Of a stretch of DNA of 64,000 nt, positions 53,420-64,000 are shown one piece after another. Origin of the DNA: Lama glama (taxonomy: Eukaryota); the NCBI GenBank assembly GCA_028534125.1, contig CM052817.1, forward strand, positions 58,282,001-58,346,000, written 5' to 3'. A program made the translations under genes and the position numbers. The number at the start of each line of letters is the position of its first letter. Positions within the stretch are counted from its first letter, which is position 1. Under the pieces are notes generated by a model. It ran no database searches, had not been told where the DNA came from, and saw nothing but the letters and a program-made list of their open reading frames with translations.

Positions 53420-53640
53420 CAAAAAAGAGCAGGCAGTTTGGAGACAGACACAACTAAGTTAGAAGAGCAACTTTGCCACAATAGCCTTCGGCAAGTGATC
53501 CAGTCTTTCTGAGCCCTTTCCCCTCATTTGTCAATTGGCAATAAAAATATCTATCTCAAAATATTATCCTACCCAAATGGATGACGTATTTACACGTGAA
53601 GTGCCTTTCACAGTTGCGTAGAATAAAGTAGGAGCCCAGT
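53420..53640 (+). mobile_element. MIR SINE
   Basis: ccttcggcaagtgatccagtctttctgagccctttccctcatttgtcaattggcaataaaa. Confidence 0.65.
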
Positions 53641-54649
53641 ACGATTTGCATACTTCTCTTGAACTCTATAATTTCTTGTCAAAGAATTTGTCCTGTCACT
53701 GGTTATTTTTTGTAGTTCTTAATTTCCTAATGCTTCATCATTATTATATATATTTTTAAATATGCCTTCTGATTTGAATTTTTATTATCTGTGTAACATA
53801 TTAAATGGTAATTTGTTAGTACTAGTTATTCAAAAATTAATTAAGTCACTTTGCTTATAATCTGTGATACATTTCTTTGTGTTCAAATCAATGCAATTAA
53901 ATGCATGAAAACATTTTTTTAAATATTAGTTGTGTCCAAAATGCCACAACATATTTAAAATAGCAATTTTTCAGAGAAACAATAAATTCCTGTGTTAAAT
54001 ATTGTGAAACTTATTAACCCAAATTATTAATGTTCAGAGAGAAAGCTAGGCTATTCCTTTGTATTAAATTTGATGTTTACAATTTGCAGATGAGTTACTC
54101 AATTGAAAATATATTTTAATTATTTATCATTCTTTGATGAAAATAATGTAATGATCATTTGGATGACTGGGTGAAGAAATTTTAAGTTGTTTTTGTTACT
54201 TATTTTGGACATTATATCTAAAAACACCTAGGGCATTGTCTCTTGCTATATGTCCAGATGTAAATGGGGAAGTAATGGCCCAATGATATCAATTAGGAAT
54301 TAATTAGGTAGTTGTTAAATTATTTTGAGTTTGATGAACAAGCACTATAAAATTCTGCAGTGAGTTAGGAACTCCTCCTGTGCCTATTAATTAAGTAGGT
54401 AATTTTTGTTATTAATTTTTAATGGATAATAGCACAGCAGAGCTGAGACGAAACCCTAGTGGCTTTGCTAATCTGAATGGTAATGTACAAATTGCAACAA
54501 CATTCACACAGGGAAAATTATAAACATCAACTATAAGTTTTTACAAGCTTTGGTATGTCTGGATCATAAAAACTGTGTGTGTGTAAGATATATTCAATCT
54601 GATTATATAAAGCTAAGAAACATGACACTTAATATTGGAAGAATAACTT

Positions 54650-54860
54650 AGTAGCTGAACATCTGGACTCTGGAGTTAGACAAATCTTAGCCACAGTCAG
54701 GCTGTGTAAACATAAACAAATTACTGAATCTCTCTGAGCTTTGCTTTCTCATCTGAAAATGGGGACAATGAAAGTACCTACATCATAAGTTTGTTGTGAG
54801 GAATAATAAAGCATAGCAGAATTATTGTCACATGTTTGGCATGTAATGTTTTAAGAATTA
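54650..54860 (+). mobile_element. MIR SINE
   Basis: ggactctggagttagac…ctctctgagctttgctttctcatctgaaaatggggacaatgaaagtacctacatcataagtttgttgtgagga. Confidence 0.85.
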
Positions 54861-55499
54861 TAGCTAATTCTATTTATGCAGTATGCATGATAAAATATGA
54901 TATGCCTGAGGATTAATAGGAATTTGATCTTGCCAGTTTTGATGATGTTTTCAGTCTCTTAGTGGAAGCTCTCAACCACATTTGCAAGTGTAGTATTTCT
55001 CAAATTTTAAGTATAGAATACCACAAAATGAATGTTATGACTATCATCAAACTTACACAATTATGGCATTAAATCAAATCATAGAACAATGATAAGTAAC
55101 ATTTATTAAATCTATGTGCCAGGTAAATGACCTCTTTAACATTTGAGATAATTTAAACTTTGAGTGGTAAAATATTATAGGTAATGGATGTCCCAAGGGA
55201 ACTCAAACAAAGTTTTGTTAACTTTGCTCTGTGTTTAATCATTATGATTCTTTTGACTAATAAAGTTAATTGATATAAATTTTAGAATAACAAGTACACT
55301 GAAGCTTTTGTTTCAGACTGACTCTTCTTCCTATTAACTTACTCAGTTATGGGCATCACTTATATATTTTTGCCTTTCACTTCATGCAAGAAGCTGAAAT
55401 TCACTTATATTTTACTGGAGCATCTATGCTGTCCCAAGCACTGGTCTAGACACTTAGCCGTTTCTGTTTTTGCTTTGTTTGTAAGCCATAATTTGTAAG

Positions 55500-56120
55500 C
55501 ACTTTGAATTACCCCATAATCCTAAAAACTATCTAGAAATGATTATTCTTGCTTTATAGATGAAGGAATGAAGGCCCAGAAAAGTATCATTATTGGTCCA
55601 GGATTACAGAGCCAGTAATGGCAGAACTAGGGTTTAAATTATACTGTGGTGACTTCATGCTACCTAGTGTTTTCACTAAACAGAGCTCTCAGTGAAGGTT
55701 AGTTACTACAAGAAGCAGTTATAATAAAAGTGCAAAATGTTCTTTGGTAACACAGTGTTTGAGTAATACTATAGTGAGAACAGAATTGTGACATCAGCTG
55801 TCATTTCATAGGCTTCATATCCTGGTGCTGTTGCTCTTTCTCATTTCTGCCTCAAAAGGCTTGGAGTACCTGTTATCTGTTTGGTGGCCATTAGATGGCA
55901 GTCTTGTTCTGATAATGATAATAGTAACCCTGTCATACATTTGTATTCAGCTTTATAGTTTACAAGGGATTTCAAATATGTTATCTCATCAAATTATCAC
56001 AATAACACTCTAAAATAGGTGTTAATATATCCCAAGTACAGTAGAGGAAGCAAATGCTCTGTGGTTAAAAACTTACTGAAGTTCATATAGCCGGTATTAA
56101 CCCAGATCTTAACATTAAAT
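55500..56120 (-). mobile_element. Two MIR fragments (~55500-55640 and ~55920-56120)
   Basis: ctttatagatgaaggaatgaaggcccaga…tacagagccagtaatggcagaactaggg, and ctttatagtttacaa…atctcatc…atcacaataacactc. Confidence 0.65.
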
Positions 56121-58239
56121 AGTAGGATTTTTCACTATCTTTCTGGATATCCTGCTGCTTCTAATTTTACATAGTACGATTCTAATGTATTTGGTTATGT
56201 ATTTTCTAAGGCCACTGAAAATCATAGTAACATCTTAGAAAAGGGGAAAGGGTTGCTTCAAACAGGCACATTGGATGTGGTGAAAAAAAAGTACCACTAG
56301 CAAAAAAAGCAAAAGAAAAGGCAAAAAAGCTTTGAAAAGTAGACAGTCATAAGGCAGAAGAAATAGTATGGGGTTATTTGATGTAAGAACAGACATCTCC
56401 ATTCACATCAGCAGGTCATGAGGCATTACTGTATTGCAGTATATTTTTCTATTGCATTTAAAAAAGTATTATAGCCCTGAATCATCAAGAAAAAAAGGTT
56501 ATATTCTGCATACTCTGCATATGGTAAGCTATATTATTCTCTTAGGAAATACATCTATCTGAACTGGGTTTTTTCCTCTTTAATATGTTAAGAGGAAAAT
56601 TTTCTTAGTTCTTGATAAATTTTATCCAGAAAGTATCATTTTATAAAGATTCCAGATTGCAAAATTTTGAATATATTTTAAAATACTTTTCATGTAAGTT
56701 TTATATTTCTCCCCATACTTTTTCCCCAAGTTCTTGCAAACGACTGACTACGCATAAGAAGAGTATGTGAGAAGGCTTACTAATTTCATTCTTTAAAAAG
56801 CAATAATTTATTTGTAGTCTACTGGTAGGATATAGGGATCACAATATAAGTTAAACTCGAGACTATTCAATTATCCAGAATATCTATTTTCAGGGTTGAT
56901 AGTCCAAAATTTTAATGGTTTTATTTATTTGTTGTTTTTGGTTGATAAGTTCATTCACTGACCAATTAGTTACTTTGTTAATTTGATTCTTCACTTTCAA
57001 TTCCCATTTTTTAAGTTTTAAACTTACTATTTTTCAATATGACATGCACCTGGGTGCATTGTTTTTAGTATTTAGTTCACGATGTTAAAAGGCGTCCTTA
57101 AATGACAAAAGAAAGACTCTAAATGAAAGAGAATTTCAGATATTATGAATTCTGCTTCTGCTCCCCATGAATATTCAGAGTTAATGGTCTTGTTCAAGGT
57201 CACACAGTTAGTTTGTGGTAGAAACAGTCCTGATAATATGAAATTGACTAGCTCCATTTAGTAAGAACAATTGCTATTAAATTATTTTTATTATTGTTGC
57301 CAACAGAGTAAATCATTTGTATTTGTGGGTTTAAAAGTGACTGCTGTTTTGCCTGTCAGACTTCGCTATACTTCAAGAGGATTGCTTTAGCGACAAAGAA
57401 GGCTTTTAGATGAAACCATTTTTAAGATTTAATCAACCGTAGTAGAAAAATGCTTACACATTCTGACCTAATTTAATATTAAATGACAACAGTCTTAATG
57501 AAGTCATAGAATTTACTTGTAACCTGCTATTGTGGCATTTCCTGCCGTTATAAACTCTCTTCTGCTGTGCAAAAGGGCAGTCAAAGGCCCAGGTTCGTTA
57601 GAGGATACAGTCAAAGGAAAAGATTTCTTTCATTCAGCGTGATTTTTCTGAAACAATTAGAAAGAAAATATGTGTCTCAATATAAAATTTCAAGGCCTTT
57701 TACAATTATGTGGTGACATCTCCGTACAATTGCTTGAATAATGCCAGCAGCATCAGCTGCCACCATCCAAACGAACAAGAAATTAAGAAAGCAAATGCTG
57801 GTCTTTCTTCTGAGGAAGTCGAATATTTATGTATTTAAAATTGTTCACCAACAAGAAAAATAACCACTGACATGAAATAAAATTTTCTACAGTGCCTGAG
57901 GCAGAAAAGAGAGAAATAATAATGAACATTCACGCTACTACAACAAATGAAGTTGTAATTGTATACACTAAAAACAATTGCAGAGTTCCTTTCCCTTGGA
58001 TTATAAGATCTTAATAGCATCATTTTATCAGGTGTCACTATGGCATCTTAACCCTTTTTTTGTTCTGCTTCTCCAACTTATTAACCAAAGTTACCAGAAG
58101 TTTACAGTGGAATAGGGGGTCTCTCATTCTTACAAGGACCACTTTTCTCTATAACCATACATCTTAGGATAGTAAGATAACTTAAATAAGACTAAGACTT
58201 GTCTGAATAGTTAGTAGATTTGAGTGAGCCATGATACTG

Positions 58240-58700
58240 GTGTCAAACGTAGGCTCCCCAACCTTTGAATAAGAAATCACTCACTTTACTGCTTACTAAA
58301 GTGAGGGGAAAATGCCACCTCCACTGAACTCTGGTTATCTTTTTGAGGGAAAAGAACAAATTAGGATTTATTGAGATTTTGAACTTGGTTTAAGGCAGAT
58401 TTTTCAATTTGAAGGCTTGATTGGAATTGAGTAAAAATCATGACATAATATTTTCAGAGTGTAAGATTTATGGAAGCAGCAAGAAAAGGATTTTAAGATG
58501 AAAAGTTTAATGATTCTTAGGGCATAAGCTGTCTGTTGATGCTTCCTAAAGAATTGATAGGCCTTTGGAAAATCCTGCAATGAACAATGAAGTTATTTGT
58601 AATAGTTAAGTTATTCCAACAAAGACAGTGAAATAGTAAAATGGTATTCCTATAGACAGTCACCTATTTGGGAGTTAGTAGCTTTAGGTCTCAATTTCCC
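58240..58700. mobile_element. Ancient LTR-like element (family uncertain)
   Basis: Composition and motifs resemble old ERV1-type LTRs (tttactgcttactaaagtgagggg…ggcttgattgga…); not firmly assignable. Confidence 0.35.
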
Positions 58701-61290
58701 CACTGAGGGAGACAATGAATAGATCGTTTTTAAGTGGAGGCATGATCCATCCAGATTTTCCCTGTTGTTGAGATGTTATAATCACATATCAAGTTGTCAT
58801 CTCATCATCCATAAAAGTCAGATTTTCCTCTTCTTTCTGCTGAGTGACCTTTTTCTTTGCTGGATCATTTCATGGAGCAGCAGCCATGTAACATCGTGTA
58901 AGACTCTGAAGATGACACAGGTGAACTCTGCGCCGTAAATGGTAAAAGAAGGATTCTGGTCAGGATTTGTTGTCCACTCGCAGCCATCAGTCAAGAGTAA
59001 CCTGGATTAAACAGGAGACTAGACCCCATCCCCACTCTGAAGAACCCACAGAACCAGATACGGGGTTGTTAACCAAACTGCCTTAATTTTCTGATACCTT
59101 TACTTTGAGGCATACTTTGGGTATGAGGACAAAAGCTTGGGCTACAAATGGATATTCTGAATGAGGTTTAGATAGAAAGAGGAAATCTCTCCTGGACTAA
59201 AATATTTTAAAACTCTGTCTCAAATACAGTCTACTCTCAACATCCTAAAAATGATAGAATATATAAAAATATTCTCTGAGTAATAGGTGAAACCAGCTTG
59301 TCATTGCAAATATGTCCATATTTGAAGATGGTAAGAGACCTGAAAAGTCTTTTTTGTCTCCTTGTGAGATTTTTGTCTTCTAGTTAAACGTTACTCATAT
59401 GCACTGAAAGATTGGGCTTTTTGATATCTTGGCACCAGTAATAATTTGGACCTGCTCCCTCATTAGAGTATTCATAGATCAGAAAATTATTAAAATACAT
59501 ATTATTGAGGGGAAATAATGATAAAAATACTCTAAAGAAAATGGAAATAAAGATTATCACTAATTTTGCCAGGTGGTTCTTATTAATAACATATTTTAAT
59601 GATTTAAAAATTCACATTATTTCACATTTTAGTATCTCTGATGCTGATGTGTTCATAATTAAGATATTTCAGCATTGTGTCCTAGATTGACAGGAATTTT
59701 GTTTTTCTTTTTTAGAGTTATGTAAAATGTGTCTTGCAATCAATGATGTTTTAAATTTAAAAAAAATGTTTTAGATAAGAAAAAATAGGAATCTGAGAGA
59801 CTCATAGGGATGAAGTATCAACCTGTGTATCTTTGACTTCAGATCTCCTCGGTTTGAAGAATCCAGAATACCTCCCCCCCAATTCTGGTTTGCTTAACAG
59901 AATCATATTTGCTTTTACAGTGTTTTATTATTTTGAAAGGTAAAGCATTTATCTTCTTCAGTATGGTACTAACTCCAGTACTTATAATTCTCTACTTGTA
60001 TACATGAGATATCTAGCATATTTTATTTTGTGCTTATCCATGCATTTATATTTTTTCCTAGCCCTACCTGTCTTCATTGTCCTCACATATAAAAAACACT
60101 ACCCTTGAGAGAAGAGATTTCTGTTACTAAGGATTACATTTTTGTCTCTCTACATTTTTATCACTCTGTGAAAATAAGAGAACTCAACTTCAACCATCAC
60201 TTAGAAATATTGAACCCAAAGTCTCTCCCTCCATTTCAAATCTCTCTCATGATGTATAGATATATGTATTTAACAGGCCAGTAGCAATTTTATTCAATGC
60301 AGTTATATGCTTTAGATTTAATGGATTCAAGAATAACCTTATTCTCCCTGCCTTTTTATTTGTTCTCTCCCTATTTATTTCATTGCCTGATGAATGACAC
60401 CAACATCATGTGGACTAAAAAAATTGAAAGCAAGTGTCACTAGTTTTAATTGTTTCTACTTTTTAGATATTCTTGATTCTCTATCTTTCTCTCCACAATT
60501 TCTGTTTCAGCCTTTATTAGGGCCAGCATCACTTTTCCTCTAACTGTAAGTTGCCCCCTTGATTTTTAAGGCCCTTTCTCTGGCCCCAGTGTCCATTAGT
60601 GCCATCTTTGTCTTTGTTTTTGTTTTTGTTTTTTTGTCCCAGTGCCAACCTTGATGCAGATCTCAGGTTCTCGTTCAGTTTTTCATCTCTTACCCACTGC
60701 ACAGAATGTTTCTATCAAATAAAAACTTTCGTGACTAATGTTGACTTCATTTCAGATTTTGGAGTCAAGGTGAAGTAATCATCTAGTTCCCGTGAGAGAG
60801 AAAGTAGATAGTATATTCAAGAGTTTCATTTGGCTCTCTTTTCTGGACTTTCTTCACTTTTTTTCCTACAGCCACATTCTTCAAATTCTGGTTGATTTTC
60901 CCTCTTCCCTTCTTTGATTCATGCAAAGCAGATCTACAGGCTACTCTCCAGGCAAGGTGTCAGCTGGTTTATAGGCACGGACTCCATCTTCTAAAATGGT
61001 TTAGCAGAGCATTTCCCAACAAAAACAGGGCTCTCCCAACTACATTATCGTAACTCCTGCCAGAGGACTAATCTTGTCTCTCTCCTTACATATGCTTGTT
61101 TCCTGCTTTAAGTTTGACCTCTTATCCATTCTCCACATTGCCCACGAGATATTCTGACATGACAACCTGATATTGGTCACTGAACATATTTTTTAAAACT
61201 TTCAATATTCCCTATTACCTTCATTATAAATTTCAATTTTATTAACATGACTTACAAAGTTCCCAAGCTTCAATACTCACCACTTTTTCT

Positions 61291-62566
61291 TTTTTTTTTA
61301 ACATTTTTTATTGATTTATAATCATTTTACAATGTTGTGTCAAATTTCAGTATTCAGCACAATTTTTCAGTCATTCATGGACATATACATACTCATTGTC
61401 ACATTTTTTTCTCTGTGATTTATCATAACATTTTGTGTACATTTCCCTGTGCTATACAGTGTAATCTTGTTTATCTATTCTACAATTTTGAAATCCCAGT
61501 CTATCCCTTCCCACCCTCTACCCTCCTGGTAACCACAAGTCTGTATTCTCTGTCCATGAGTCTATTTCTGTCCTGTATTTATGCTTTGTTTTTGTTTGTT
61601 TGTTTTTGTTTTTGTTTTTTAGATTCCACATATGAGCGATCTCATATGGTATTTTTCTTTCTCTTTCTGGCTTACTTCACTTAGAATGACATTCTCCAGG
61701 AGCATCCATGTTGCTGCAAATGGNNNNNNNNNNNNNNNNNNNNNNNNNNNNNNNNNNNNNNNNNNNNNNNNNNNNNNNNNNNNNNNNNNNNNNNNNNNNN
61801 NNNNNNNNNNNNNNNNNNNNNNNNNNNNNNNNNNNNNNNNNNNNNNNNNNNNNNNNNNNNNNNNNNNNNNNNNNNNNNNNNNNNNNNNNNNNNNNNNNNN
61901 NNNNNNNNNNNNNNNNNNNNNNNNNNNNNNNNNNNNNNNNNNNNNNNNNNNNNNNNNNNNNNNNNNNNNNNNNNNNNNNNNNNNNNNNNNNNNNNNNNNN
62001 NNNNNNNNNNNNNNNNNNNNNNNNNNNNNNNNNNNNNNNNNNNNNNNNNNNNNNNNNNNNNNNNNNNNNNNNNNNNNNNNNNNNNNNNNNNNNNNNNNNN
62101 NNNNNNNNNNNNNNNNNNNNNNNNNNNNNNNNNNNNNNNNNNNNNNNNNNNNNNNNNNNNNNNNNNNNNNNNNNNNNNNNNNNNNNNNNNNNNNNNNNNN
62201 NNNNNNNNNNNNNNNNNNNNNNNTGTCCTGTATTTATGCTTTGTTTTTGTTTGTTTGTTTTTGTTTTTGTTTTTTAGATTCCACATATGAGCGATCTCAT
62301 ATGGTATTTTTCTTTCTCTTTCTGGCTTACTTCACTTAGAATGACATTCTCCAGGAGCATCCATGTTGCTGCAAATGGCATTATGTTGTCAGTTTTTATG
62401 GCTGAGTAGTATTCCATTGTATAAATATACCACCTCTTCTTTACCCAGTCATCTGTTGATGGACATTTAGGCTGTTTCCATGTTTTGGCTACTGTAAATA
62501 GTGCTGCTATGAACACTGGATTTCCAGAAGAAAATCTACTTCAGGATGACACCTGCACCCCAATGT
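61291..62566 (-). mobile_element. Young camelid-type L1 3' end with short 5' inversion and 14-bp TSD (spans the assembly gap)
   Basis: TSD TCACCACTTTTTCT at 61277-61290 and 62567-62580. ORF2 end FIAALFTVAKTWKQPKCPS. Segment ~62520-62566 is L1 in the opposite orientation. Confidence 0.93.
61724..62223. other. Assembly gap (500 N)
   Basis: Run of N; flanks 61569-61723 and 62224-62378 are identical. Confidence 0.99.
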
Positions 62567-64000
62567 TCACCACTTTTTCTACGTGCTAAGATTGACTTCC
62601 AGCAAATATTTAATGAAGGTGTACTATCAGCCCTAAGATTATGGTAGCAAACATGGACTATGTAGCATATGGCCTAATGGGCAAATTCTATTTTTAAATG
62701 ATTGTTAAGGAAGAAGAAAAGCAGTGTGCAGTGAAAGGATATAGCAGTTTTGGTGGCAAGAAAAGACTTCCTGAGAAAAACATATAAGTTTTTATATGAA
62801 GCATAATGAGTGTTCAGTGAGGTGAGGGAAATGGTTTAGCAGATTGGGATTCTTAGAGGAAAGTGTGGCACACTGGAGAAATTCCAGGAAACCTAACATG
62901 CTTTGGCAAAGTAGGGAATAAATGACACTAAGTGAGTGACTTGAGTGAACCACATTCTCTCTCACCTATATGATCTTTCAAGTGCTGTTTTCTTATCCTG
63001 AAATGTTCTTTCCTTTTATTAACTATCAGTGTTCAGCTGCTAAAATAAGATCTAAAAAGCACTGATCTGTTTGAAGAGTCAATATGTGCTCAGGAAAAAA
63101 TAAGTGTAATTCTCAGCAATGATGATAAGGGCTAAATAATATAAGACATTATGTTTAGGGGAAGAGATCTTTCTGTGGGCTGCAGTAGGTAGGACAGGCT
63201 TCAGGAGAGGTTGTACTTAAACTTATTTAAATAAAGTGCAATAAAGGCTCAGGTAAGGAGTCATTCTATGAGCAGGAATTAATAATAAAGAAGTAAATAT
63301 GTACATATATCTGAAAATTAATAGAGGGCTAGACTGGCCTTTCAAAAGCAGAGATTACTTGTAAATTATATATACAATTTTTAATCCTGTTACTATTTTT
63401 CTTTTTCCTCATGTGTTTTTAAATAGGCAAAATCAAAGTAAGACTTTGTTTTTGACTTTTGCTATAAAATAAAATAATAAATATATAACTATTTGAATAA
63501 ATAGATAACTTGTTAACTTCAAATATATGACCCTAATGGTATATATCAATAAAAATCTTCATAAAATATTGGTCAAAAATGATAATTCTATGAATTGGGA
63601 CTCGATTTTCTGAATAACTCTGTGCTTCTATTTCTAACAGAATTGTTTTTAAGTTGTTCTGAACAATTTTCTCAATGAAAATGTCCAAAAAATTCTAGAT
63701 AATTATTTTTAAAATATTTTAAAATGTTTTTGTGGAATAAGATAATAATATATCTACAGAAAGCAAAAATAAACTTCAAGTGCAAATCTTTAAAAGTCAG
63801 TAATTGTCAAAATCAGTTTACTTTCTAACCAGACAGTAGGCAATTTGTAAATGTTAAGGGCCATATTTTGTCTAGCAGCCAAAGCTGTATTTATATTTTT
63901 TACTCTAGTTGTAACTAATATAAACAATTTTCCTAGTTCAGTTGCTCTTCTTTGAGGATTTTTCTTCTCTAACACTGGAGAATTAGGACAAAAATTACTA

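Noticed and set aside
61632..62339. Long ORFs of 189-235 aa
   Set aside because: They consist of X residues translated from the N gap.
60..63975. The ~100 short ORFs of the six-frame track as genes
   Set aside because: They are short and low-complexity (F/I/L/Y-rich) or lie inside L1/LTR repeats, with no splice or domain support. This is expected by chance in AT-rich intron.
1..64000. CRISPR arrays, operons, prokaryotic defence systems, rRNA
   Set aside because: The sequence is mammalian intron. I saw no regularly spaced repeat-spacer array, dense ORFs or rRNA-like sequence.

Overview
AT-rich mammalian genomic DNA, almost certainly camelid (a vic-1-type tRNA-derived SINE and young camelid-type L1 3' ends). 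It is not prokaryotic. The window is almost entirely intronic. The only recognisable coding sequence is one 94-nt internal exon (47244-47337, +) encoding DVLNNLGSCELDEDDLMLDLEFLEEQNLRPS, which I recognise as CCSER1 (FAM190A). The rest is layered transposon debris: old L1M/HAL1, L2, MIR, MaLR and ERVL-class LTRs, and young L1 insertions with intact target-site duplications (TSDs). Two structures stand out. The first is a decayed two-LTR provirus (~28.5-32.0 kb) combining an ERV-L-type (class III) pol motif and a tRNA-Ser-like PBS with a gamma-type env TM remnant. The second is a TSD-bounded young L1 whose ORF1 end is joined to the ORF2 3' end exactly after an AG, a candidate spliced L1 integrant. 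The 500-N gap is an assembly artefact with overlapping flanks. Nearly all ORFs in the supplied track are spurious or repeat-derived. Repeat family names come from recalled consensus sequences and need RepeatMasker/Dfam confirmation. I found no evidence of a novel protein-coding system.
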